DNA from: Chrysomallon squamiferum
Taxonomy: Eukaryota; Animalia; Mollusca
Length of the DNA stretch: 64,000 nucleotides
Direction of reading: 5' to 3'
NCBI GenBank assembly: GCA_012295275.1
Contig: CM022666.1
Location: forward strand, 12,896,001 to 12,960,000
The position numbers and the translations under genes are program-made. Every line of letters starts with the position of its first letter. Positions within the stretch are counted from its first letter, which is position 1. Below, one piece after another: positions 11,079 to 22,449 of the stretch. The notes under the pieces are model-generated. The model searched no databases. It was not told the DNA's origin and saw only the letters and a list, made by a program, of their open reading frames with translations.

Positions 11079-13675
11079 TATTCAATTTGTGTGTTAGTAG
11101 AGAGATACACATACTCAAAGATGCGCTTACTTAGGGGGAGATAGAAAGTGAAACTCGGAGAAATAGATAAATATGGAAGTTTCATATACTGCAAGTGTGA
11201 AAACGTTTCTATTCTTACAATATTATTTAGTTTTGGTAATTTTATATCACATCTTTTACAAGAAACACATATGCCTGCACTCGTAAGCTCACACACACAC
11301 ACTTTTATATATACAGGCACTGTTTTATTATCGAATATGTAAATGATTTACAGGCTGATTATTCATTCGTTTATTTAGTTCCTAAAGGTATCACACAGTA
11401 TCTGCTAGTGATGGTGCTGAGTTCATACTTGGACATAAATGGCGTCATACGGACATCGACTCTGATAATAATGATTCATGGTTACGACTGGGAGATAAAT
11501 GAAAAAGGTCTTAGTAAGTATATACTGATATATGAATAACACTTGACAATACTATCTGTACTAAAATTATCATTTATTTATTTATTTATTTATTTTCATC
11601 ATTTATAGACACCTAATCGGAAATATCTTGAGGAATATTTATATTATTTTAATTTTTGACAATATCATCGTGTTTTTTTTTTTTTTAATGTGTTATACAG
11701 AATGTCTTCTGGATGTTGGATGAGCAACTCGGGTAATTCAGGATCAAGTCTACACTGGCTAGGCAGCTGTAGCAGTGATTCAAGAGTCAGAACCAGAACT
11801 GAATAAAAAGAGAAGAAATCAAATGTATCTGAAACATAATTGTTATGTATGTACAATATACAGACAAACGTACACATACACCCTGACTTACTTAAAGGTA
11901 GAAAATGTGATAGGCACATAATGAAAGGTAAATTTACAAGATTCATTTACTGGTATTAAGCATTTTGATGAAAAATGAAACTAAGTTAAATTATTAAATA
12001 TTTGTACAATCAGATGCGCACTAAAGAAAATGTAAAGAAATTTTACTGATGTGATAACTGAATTTGTGATTGGAATGATGAAAATTTTAACTATAAAGTT
12101 AAAGTGTTCATATATTTGTCAAAAGTGCCTCATGTTAAAACTGCACTCTTCAGAAATTAGAATGCTTATGAAACAAATCTTGATCATGAATGTTTATTTT
12201 CACGTCGTATTATGAAGTTACTATGTATTTTAGTACTTACCTGTAAAGTTGTATTCAAAGGCACCCTACTTTTATAAGTGAGGTGAGTTCGGAGAAGATA
12301 ATGTAAGATTGTATATCTTTTTAAACTCAACACATCAAGATACTGTTACTGTTTCATTAAGAAATGTTATATTACGTTTCTAATATTATTTATTTTTACT
12401 TCCAAATGAATCACAATAGTATGATTCATTCAGTGGAAAAAGAATACAATGATATTCACAGTATATTTTATATTTACTTTCTTCTAGATTAATTTGCATC
12501 GCCCTGATTTTCAGTCTGTTGTTTTTCTGATGATACATAAATACATTAATATGATTACGTTTTAGACAATATTATAATTTAAGAAACCTGCTTTGTCATT
12601 AATGGCCAATATTTTTCACTCAAAAATAATATCTCTACTGATATACTATTTATTACATTTATATTGTAAAATAATAATATTGTTGTAAGTCTGTAATAGC
12701 TAAGACATTTGCAGTTTTCATTTAAAAATATCTTCTTCCACTTTTTGTAAGCTGTCGTCGTCAGAACTAACAAAAAAATAATTTTTATTTTCTGTAACAG
12801 CTGAATTCAACCTCTTAGCTGTTCATAAAGCATTATTGTAGTTGTTACATCATCTAATGTTAAGTCAACTATGTTCTTGTTTTTGATAGTTGCATAATCA
12901 ATTATTCATAGACTCTGGTAAGATCGACATTAATACAATATAATTTTCATCCATATTTCTAAAGTGGTAATTTTATATGCTTATTGGACATAAATTTTCA
13001 TAAATAATTTAAATCTCTTGATTCCAAGGCTTGAATTCCTCCATTAAACCAACAATCTATTGTCCAAATTTTTCACTGATGACATGATAGATGATGTCGA
13101 CATCCTTCTTGTTTGAATTTGTAAAGCCATTTTCTTAAAATTATGTTTCTTGTTTTCCTATGTTTCTGTTATTGTTGTGTTTAATTTTTAAACAACTGGT
13201 TTTTGTATCTTCCTTAAGTACATTTTTCTTTAATACAATCAACAGTGGCCAATGTTTATAGTGCTTTGATTTGTTGTATGTTTTGTAGTTTTTTTTTTCT
13301 TTTTTTCCATTATTTTTTTTTTTTTTCTTCATCCTGTCTCAAATTACAAATCTATTGTAATAAAGTTGATTTTCACAAACTACAGCAGCAACAAGAATAC
13401 CCATTTTGCCTTTTACTGGGTTTTTACATTTTTTTATGACACATTCATTTCTTCACAAACATTGCTATTATATGTTTCCTGTTTTCCCATGTTTCTGTTA
13501 TTGTTGTGTTTATTTTTTTAAACAGCTGGTTTCTGTATCTTCCTGAAGTACATTTCTCTTTAATATAATCAACAGTGGCCAACGCTTATAGTGAAACAGT
13601 TTCATTCTTAACGTTTGAAAAGAAATCATAATCAGAACAGTGAGGGTTAAGCAAGTTTCCTTAATATGATGTAAG

Positions 13676-14667
13676 TTACGGTAATGACGGTGCTGACACT
13701 CTAACACCCCCCCCAGTCTGTCTAGACTACTTCACGTCCCCTCCCCGACCTGTCCGGACTTGTCTTCCCTGTTTCCGGTTTCCGGTTTGATGCTTATACC
13801 GATAGATAATAAGTACTACTAGGTACTTGGTTCGCCTTCTTGAGGGTCCGAGTTGATCGTCAGTCTCGACTCGTTGTTGTTTCTCCGTAGTCTGTAACCA
13901 GTAATGTCCAAGTTCCAAACTATTAGTTCCGAGAAATGTGTATCCTTTGTCTGTGTATCCTGGACGCGTTGACGTCCCTGATGAGTTGGGCGCGGATGGC
14001 GTACCCGTTCAACATCGCCTGTTTGCGCACCAACCGTACCTCTTTATCATGGTAGAACGTGTGTCCGGGTCCAGTCTTCGTCGTCAGTTGACATGTCGTT
14101 GGGGCGACGAGTAAGGTCTGTCGAGTACCGAACCGTCAACACGTATTGCACGTTCGTCCAGTTGAATTCCGCCACGGTGTTCGCTCTCGTTTCTTTGTAC
14201 GGTGCGTTGGCCGTTTACTGTTCCGTCAGAGTCGGGTTGTAAGCTATAACCACGTGTTGTGCTCTCGCATTTTCCGGTTTATTGTATTTTTGCGCCACCA
14301 CGTGCGCTTTCTCGAGCCAGTCGTTGTTCAAGTCCAAATCATGTTCGTTGACTTCCGATATGTACAGTCAGGTGTTGAGTTGTCCCAGTAGTTTCACGGG
14401 TGCCATTATTTATTTTTTTTTTTTTTTTTTTTGCTCTCTGGGTCTTTTTGGCGTTCAGTGGGTCTTCCGTTTTCCGTTCGTCCGTTTTCTTTTTCTTCGC
14501 CAAACCGGGATCGTACGGGCACTGTATCCCTCGCTTCATTCTCTTTCTCCATTTCGATTCGAATGCCAGTTTGCTCTGCCACCTGTACTTCGACAGCGGT
14601 CTCTGGAACGAGAACAACGGTGACCGAGTTATTGCCTGAGATGTACCCGATGTCTTCGCTGGACTTG
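13676..14667 (-). mobile_element. GC/CpG-rich foreign insert, degenerate virus-like or transposon-derived fragment
   Basis: Abrupt compositional shift inside the array. Minus-strand frames are protein-like but carry stops and frameshifts (MAPVKLLGQLNT*LYISEVNEHDLDLNNDWLEKAHVVAQKY...ANTVAEFNWTNVQYVLTV). Family not identified. Confidence 0.55.
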
Positions 14668-15359
14668 GATTCTTAACATTTGAAAATAAATCATAATCAG
14701 AACATTTAGGGAAGAAAGTTTCCTTAATATTTTGTAAGATGACTTCAGAGAGTTACTTAAAGGTAGTCTTCAGCTAAATCAAAATTCATATTCTTCTTGA
14801 TGACCTTATCCGAACATTTTTATATTGCCTTAAAAAAGAATATTCTTCAGAACTCGATTTCCGAAAGAACTGTTTTATTTTATTTCTATATTTTTTATTT
14901 TCATCAATATTTTATTTTTTATTTATTATTTTTTATTTATCACTTATTACACTGTAGGACAACAAATAAGGTGGGGCTTTTTTTTTTCGGGGGTCATTCT
15001 ATTTTCTTTGTTTTTTCCATATCCTCTCTGAAATTACAAATTTATTGTAATAAAGTTGATTTTGACAAATCACAGCTGCAGTAAGAATGCCCATGTTACC
15101 ATTTACAGTTTTTTTTAATGACAAGTTCTTTTCTTTACAAACAATGCTTTTCATAGTACCCAAAATAATGCAACTTTTCTGCTCAGATATGATATAATTC
15201 TAATCCCTATACGATTTCGTTTTCAAACAGATATTTGGTATAAATCATATTCCTGCTGTCAAACACGTCATTTCAACAATTTCTGCTTCCACACTCTGTA
15301 AACTGTTGTCTTCAGAACAACAAGAATGCAACAGCTGAATTGAGTCTGTTTGCTCTTAC

Positions 15360-15490
15360 ATCGAGCGATGATTTCTATCGTTGCGAAATATTGCAGACCT
15401 AACTCCGACTCAAAGACCGCTATTCAGAGGATCAATAATGACGAGTCAATTCAGGTCACGTGACGTCAACAGTGGTTTCTGATTGGCTCA
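15360..15490 (-). promoter_or_regulatory. Array promoter and putative exon 1, copy 1
   Basis: CCAAT, TGACGTCACGTGAC, altered pyrimidine start (CTTTGA), invariant block, GTAAGA donor. Confidence 0.55.
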
Positions 15491-16031
15491 GACCGGTGTT
15501 GACAAACACTGGCGTACGATAAATTAGTTCTATTAATTGAAGACATGAGCAATGATTTCGACCTATTTCACTATTTTGTAATGAACAGAATACAGACTTT
15601 CATACAGTGTTAAGGCATCAGATTGGACTATTTTATTTTAGAGATAATATATCTTGTCACCTCTGAAATTACAAATCTATTGTAATAAAGTTGATTTTCA
15701 CAAACCACAGCTGCAGCAAAAATGCCCGTCTTAAATTTTTTTTTTTTTTTTTTTTTGTTTGTTTGTTTTAATGACAAGTTATTTTCTTTACAAACAATGC
15801 TTTTCATACTATCGCAAAATAATGCAACTTTTCTGCTCAGATATAATATAATTCTAATCCCTCTTCTGAGCAGTAAAGTATCCGATTTCGTTTTAAGACA
15901 GATTTTTGGTACAAATTATATTCCTGCTGTCAAACACGTCATTTTAACAATGTCCGCTTCCACACTCTGTAAACTGTTGTCTTCAGAACAAACAAGAATG
16001 CAACAGCTGAATTGAGCCTGTTTGCTCTTAC

Positions 16032-16162
16032 ATCGAGCGATGATTTCTATCGTTGCGAAATATTGCAGACCTAACTCCGACGAAAAGACCGCGCTTCAGA
16101 GGATCGGTAATGACGAGTCCACTGAGGTCACGTGACGACAACGGCGCTTTCTGATTGGCTCA
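16032..16162 (-). promoter_or_regulatory. Array promoter and putative exon 1, copy 2
   Basis: CCAAT, GTCACGTGAC, TCTTTTC start, invariant block, GTAAGA. Confidence 0.6.
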
Positions 16163-17331
16163 GTCCGCTGTTGACATCGATTAAGTGAAGATACAAGCAA
16201 TGATTTCAAATTCCTGATTCATTATTTTGTAATGAACAGAATACAGACCTTCATCAGATTGGACTATTTTATTTTAGTGATAATATATCTTGTTTGAATT
16301 TCAATTTTTGGATGCTTGCTAAAAATAGCCTTTTCAAAATTATTTTGTGGCTGTATTCCCATGTTTCTGTTATTGTTGTGTTTAAATTTTAAACAACTGG
16401 TTTCTGTATCTTCCTGAAGTACATTTCTCTTTAATATAATCAACAGTGGCCGACGTTCATAGTGAAACAGTTTGATTCTTAACTTTTGAAAATAAAATAT
16501 AATCAGAACAATCAGGGAAGAAAGTTTTCTTAATATTTTATAAGATGACTTCAGAAAGTTACTTAAAGGTAGTCGTCAGCTAAATTAAAACTCATATTCT
16601 TGATAATGACCTGGCTGCAACATTTTTATGTAGCCTCGAGAAAATTATGTTCATTAAAAATAAGAATATTCTTAAGAAATCGATGTTTCAAAAAGAATTG
16701 TTTTATTTTATATATATATATATATATATTTCTTCATTTCAAAATTATTTTATTTAGTCATTATTGTTTATTTTATTTCATTTTTTTTGGGGGGGAAATA
16801 GACTACTGATTCATTATTAATACATAAAGGTGATGCTAATATAAAAACAATTTATTCATCACTTATTATCAGTGTAGGACACCAAATGATACTGTATCCA
16901 AATAAGTGGGGTTTTATTTTGGGGGGTATCCTTATTCTTTTTTTTTTTCCACATCCTCTCTGAAATTACAAATCTGTTGTAATAAAGTTGATTTTCACAA
17001 ACCACAGCTGCAGAAAATATGCCCATCTTAGCTTTTACTGTTTTTTTTTTTTTTTGTTTTTTTTTATGTCAAGTTCTTTTCTTTACAAACAATGCTTTTC
17101 ATACTATCCCAAAATAATGCAACTTTTCTGGTCAGATATGATATAATTCTAATCCCTCTTCTGAGCAGTAAAGTATACGATTTCGTTTTAAAACACATTT
17201 TTTTTTTTGTACAAATCATATACCTGCTGACAAACACGTCATTTCAACAATTTCTGCTTACACACTCTGTAAACTGTTGTCTTCAGAAGAAACAAGAATG
17301 CAACAGCTGAATCGAGCCTGTTTGCTCTTAC

Positions 17332-17462
17332 ATCGAGCGATGATTTCTATCGTTGCGAAATATTGCAGACCTAACTCCGACGAAAAGGTTGCGCTTCAGA
17401 GCATCGATCATGACGAGTCGATTCAGATCACGTGACGTCAACGGTGGTTTCTGATTGGCTCA
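17332..17462 (-). promoter_or_regulatory. Array promoter and putative exon 1, copy 3
   Basis: CCAAT ~70 nt upstream of CCTTTTC, TGACGTCACGTGA, invariant block, GTAAGA. Confidence 0.6.
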
Positions 17463-18637
17463 GACCGGTGTTGACAAACATTGGGCAACTGTAAATTAGT
17501 TCGATTAATTGATGAAATGAGCAATGATTTCGAAATCCTGTTTTACTATTTTGTAATGAACAGATTACAGACCTTCATAGCAGTGATTAGGCATCAAATT
17601 CGACTCCTTTATTTCAGTGATAATATATCTTGTTTGAATTTTTATATTTGGGTGCTCGCTAAAACTAGCCTTTTCCTTAAAATTATACGGGTGCTGTTTT
17701 CCCATGTTTCTGTTATTGTTGTGTTTAAATTTTTAAATTGCTGGTTACTGAAGTACATTACTCTTTAATACAATCGACAGTGGCCAACGTTTATAGTGAA
17801 ACAGTTTGATTCTTAACATTTGAGAAGAAATCATAATCAGAACATTTAGGGAAGAAAGTTTCCTAAAAAGTTTCCTTAAGATGACTTCAGAGAATTACTT
17901 AAAGGTAGTCTTCAGCTAAATAAAAAATTCATATTCTTGATAATCAGCTGATTTCAACTTTTTTATGTTGCCTTGAGAAAATTATATTAAAAAAAAGTAA
18001 GAATATTCTTCAGAAATTGATGTTTCAGAAAGAATCGTTTATTTTTTATATATTTCTTAATTTTCATTAATATTTTATTTTTAAAATTATTATATTTATC
18101 TATTTTTTTTTTTTTTTTTTATTATTTATTTTTTTATGGAAAAACAGACTTAATTCATAATTTCCCATGATCACTGTAAAAATGTATTCACTTATTATCA
18201 GTCTAGGACACCAAATAAGGTGGGGTTTTCCTTCGGGGGTGGGTTATTCTTTTTTTTTTTTTTTTTTTTTTTTCCACGTCCTGTCTTATATTACAAATCT
18301 ACTATTTGTACAGTTGATTTTCACAAACCACAGCTACAGAAAGAATGCCCATCTTACCATTTACTGGGTGTTTTTACGACAATTTCGTCCATTTACAAAG
18401 AATGCTTTTCATAGTATCCCAAAAAAATGCAACTTTTCTGCTCAGATATGATATAACTGTAATCCCTCTTCTCAGCAGTAAAGTAACCGATTTCGTTTTA
18501 AAACATATTTTTGGTACAAAATTATATTCCTGCTGTCAAACACGTCATTTTAACAATGTCTGCTTCCACACTCTGTAAACTGTTGTCTTCAGAACATACA
18601 AGAATGCAACAGCTGAATTGAGCCTGTTTGTTCTTAC

Positions 18638-18768
18638 ATCGAGCGATGATTTCTATCGTTGCGAAATATTGCAGACCTAACTCCGACGAAAAGACCGCGC
18701 TTCAGAGGATCGATAATGACAAGTCAATTCAGGTCACGTGACGTAAACGGCGTTTTCTGATTGGCTCA
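18638..18768 (-). promoter_or_regulatory. Array promoter and putative exon 1, copy 4
   Basis: CCAAT, GTCACGTGAC, TATCGAT, TCTTTTC, invariant block, GTAAGA. Confidence 0.6.
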
Positions 18769-19985
18769 GACCGCTGTTGACATCGATTAATTGATGACAT
18801 AAGCAATGGTTTCAAATTCCTGTTTCATTATTGTAATGAACAGAATACAGGCCTCCATAGCAGTGATTAGGCATCAGATTCGACTCCTTTATCTGAGTGA
18901 TAATATATCTTGTTTGAATTTGTGTTTTTGGGTGCTTGCTAAAAATAGTCTTCTTAACATTATATAGTTGCTGTTTTCCCATGTTTCTGTTATTGTTGTG
19001 TTTATTTTTTAAACAAATGGTTTCTGTATCTTCCTGCAGTACATTTCTCTTTAATATAATCAACAATGGCCAACGTTTATAGTGAATCAGATTGATTCTT
19101 AACATTTGAGAAGAACGATGGAAGCAAGATTCCTTAATATTTTGAAAGATGACTTCAAAGAGTTACTTAAAGGTAGTCTTCAGCTAAATTAAAAATTCAT
19201 ATTCTCGATAATGACCTGACTGCAACATTTTTACGTTGCCTTGAGAAAATTATGTTCATAAAAATAAGAATATTCTTCAGAAATCGATGTTTCAGAAAGA
19301 AGTTATATATAACAAATACATATAACACACATACACACACACACACACACATCTATTTATTATTGTTTATTTTATTTTATTTTATTTGTTTAATTATTTT
19401 TATTTCCATATTTGGAAAAATAGACTATCGATTCATAATTACCCATAATCACTGTAAATATTTTTTTTCAATTTCATTATTAATATGTAAAGGTGATGCC
19501 GATATAAAAACATTTTATTCATCATTTATTATCAGTGTAGGACACCAAATGATACTGTTTCCAAATACGGTGGGGATTTTTCTCGAAGGTGGGTTATTCT
19601 TTTCTCGTTTATTTGTTTTCCATATCCTTCCTGAAATTACAAATCTATTGTAATAAAGTGGATTTTCATAAACCACAGCTGCAGCAAAAATGCCCATCTT
19701 ACCTTTTATTGGTTTTTTTTTTTAATGACAAGTTCATTTCTTTACAAACAATGCTTTTCATGCTATCCAAAAATAATGCAACTTTTCTGCTCAGATATGA
19801 TAAAATTGTATTACCTTTTTCGAGCAGTAAAATATACGATTTGGTTTTAAAACACATTTTTGGTATAAATCATTTACCTGTTGTCAAACACGTCATTTTA
19901 ACAATTTCTTCTTCCATATTCTTTAACCTGTTGTCTTCAGAACAAACAAGAACGCAACAGCTGAATCGAGCCTGTTTGTTCTTAC

Positions 19986-20116
19986 ATCGAGCGATGATTT
20001 CTATCGTTGCGAAATATTGCAGACCTAACTCCGACGAAAAGGTTGCGCTTCAAATGATCGATAATGACGGGTCGATTCAGATCACGTGACGTCATCGGCA
20101 TTTTCTGATAGGCTGA
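19986..20116 (-). promoter_or_regulatory. Array promoter and putative exon 1, copy 5
   Basis: CCAAT mutated (CCTAT); TGACGTCACGTGA, TATCGAT, CCTTTTC, invariant block, GTAAGA. Confidence 0.55.
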
Positions 20117-21342
20117 GACCGCTGTTGACAAACATTGGCCTACGGTAAATTAGTTCGTTTAACTGATCAGATGAGGAATCATTCTCAGTTTCCGTTTCAC
20201 TGTTTTGTAATGAACAGAATACAGTGATTAGGCATCAGTTTAGACTCCTTTATTTTAGTGATAATATATCTTGTTTGAATTTGTATTTTTGGGTGCTTGC
20301 CAAAAATAGTCTTTTCTTAAAATTATATGGTTTTCTGTTTTCCCATGTTTATGTTATTGTTGTGTTTATTTTTTAAACAGCTGGTTTCTCTATGTTCCTG
20401 AAGTCAGTTTATCTTTAATATAAACAACAGTGGCCAACGCTTTTATTTCCCTATTTGTAAAAACAGCTTTATTGTTAACGTTTGAAAAGAAATCATAATC
20501 AGAACACTGAGGAAAGAAAGTTTCCTTAATATTTTGTAAGATGACTTCAGACAGTTACTTAAAGGTAGTCTTCAGCTATTTTAAAAATTCATATTCTTCA
20601 TAATGACATGACAACATTTTTACGTTGTTCATAAAAATAAGAATATTCTTCAGAAATCGATGTTTCAGAAAGAATTGTTTTATTTTATATAAATATATAT
20701 ATATATATATATTTTTTTTTTTTTCATCAATATTTTATTTATCTATTTATTACTGTTTGTTTTATTTCATTTTATTTTATTTTGTATTTCCATATTTGGA
20801 AAAATAGACTGTTGATTCATAATTTCCCATAATCACTCTAAAAACATTTTCAGTTTCATTTTTAAAATGTAGAAGTGATGCTAATATAAAAGCCATTTAT
20901 TCATCAGTTATTATCAGTGTAGAACACCAAATGATACTGTGTCCAAATAAGGTGGTGGGGGGTTTGAGGAGTGGGTATTTCATTTTTCTGTTATATTTCC
21001 ATATCCTTTCCGAAATTACAAATCTATTGTAATAAAGTTGATTTTCACAAAACACAGCTGCAGTAAGAATGCCCATCTTACCTTTTACTGGGTGTTTTAT
21101 GACAAGTTAATTTCTTTACAAACAATGCTTTTCATAGTATCCCAAAATAATGCAACTTTTCTGGTCAGATATGATATAATTCTAATCCCTCTTCTGAGCA
21201 GTAAAGTATACGATTTTTAGTATAAATCCTATACCTGCTGTCAAACACAATATTTTAACAATGTCTGCTTCCACACTTTGTAAACTGTTGTCTTCAGAAC
21301 AAACAAGAACGCAACAGCTGAATTGAGTCTGTTTGCTCTTAC

Positions 21343-21473
21343 ATCGAGCGATGATTTCTATCGTTGCGAAATATTGCAGACCTAACTCCGACGAAAAGGT
21401 TGCCATTCAGAGGATCGATAATGACGAGTCGATTCAGATCACGTGACGTCAACGGCGTTTTCTGATTGACTCA
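21343..21473 (-). promoter_or_regulatory. Array promoter and putative exon 1, copy 6
   Basis: CCAAT mutated (TCAAT); TGACGTCACGTGA, TATCGAT, CCTTTTC, invariant block, GTAAGA. Confidence 0.55.
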
Positions 21474-22449
21474 GACCGGTGTTGACAAACATTGGCCTGC
21501 GGTAAATTAGTTCGATTAATTGATGACATGAGCAATGATTTCGAAATCCTGTTTCACTGTTTTGTAATAAACAGAATACAGACCTTCATACAGTGATTAG
21601 GCATCAGATTAGACTCCTTTATTTGAGTGATAATATATCTTGTTTGACTTTGTGTATTTGTGTGCTTGCTAAAAATAGTCTTTTCTTGAAATGATATGGT
21701 TGCTGTTTTCCATTGTTTCTGTTATTGTTGTGTTTATTTTTTAAACAACTGGTTTCTGTATCTTCCTGAAGTCAATTTCTCTTTAATACAATCAATAGTA
21801 ACCAACGTTTATTTTGAAAGTTTGATTCTTAACTTTTGAAAATAAAATATAATCAGAACAATCAGGGAAGAAAGTTTTCTTAATTTTTTATAAGATGACT
21901 TCAGAAAGTTACTTAAAGGTAGTCTTCAGCTAAATTAAAAATTCATATTCTTGATAATGACCTCACAACAATTTTACGTTGCCTTGAGAAAATTCTGTTC
22001 ATAAAAATAAGAATATTCTCCAGAAATCGATGTTTCAGAAAGAATTGTTTTATTTTATATAAATATATATATTTTTTATTTTCATCAATATTTTATTTAT
22101 CTATTTATTATTGTTTGTTATATTTCATTTCATTTTATTTTGTATTTCCATAGTTGATTCAGTCATTGATTTCCCATAACCATTGTAAAACATTTTTTCA
22201 CTTTCATTATTAATACATAAAGGTGATGCTAATATAGAAACAATTTATTTATCAGTTATTATGAGTGTAGGACACCAAATGATACTGTATCCAAATAAGG
22301 TGGGGTTTTGGGTGAGTGTGGGTCATTCTTTCTTTTATTTTTTTCCATATCCTCTCTGAAATTAAAATCTATTGTAATAAATTATTAATTTCCTAAAACA
22401 TTATATACCATTAGAAAGAGAAAAAGAAAATTTCTAATATTGAAAATTT

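Larger units (their letters stand above)
7390..12662. repeat. Right arm of the long inverted duplication
   Basis: Mirror image of 1-5890. The ORF track shows the same peptide on opposite strands (1026..1367 + and 11665..11946 -; 3312..3494 + and 10056..10310 -). Confidence 0.95.
13110..22380. repeat. Tandem array of ~1.3-kb units (six core-bearing units plus truncated ones)
   Basis: The invariant core starts at 15354, 16026, 17326, 18632, 19980 and 21337 (spacing 672, 1300, 1306, 1348, 1357). Partial units lie at ~13110-13675 and ~21500-22380. Confidence 0.97.

Noticed and set aside
11885-11900. 14-mer TTACTTAAAGGTAG shared with the array micro-exon
   Set aside because: Not preserved in the left-arm mirror and flanks do not align; could be chance in AT-rich DNA.
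13900-13960. GYTFLGTNSLELG resembling the parvoviral VP1u PLA2 calcium loop
   Set aside because: Lacks GPG and the downstream HD catalytic motif; too weak to assign.
19589-20089. 166-aa ORF and related ORFs in array units
   Set aside because: Frames are interrupted by variable poly-T tracts and stops in sister units.
15354-21392. CRISPR-like interpretation of the invariant repeats
   Set aside because: Eukaryotic context, intervening sequences are homologous ~1.3-kb units rather than unique spacers, and there are no cas genes.
15354-21392. Known RNA gene array (tRNA, 5S, U snRNA, snoRNA)
   Set aside because: No A/B boxes, recognisable snRNA/5S sequence, conserved C/D pair or clear Sm site seen by eye; an Rfam scan is still needed.
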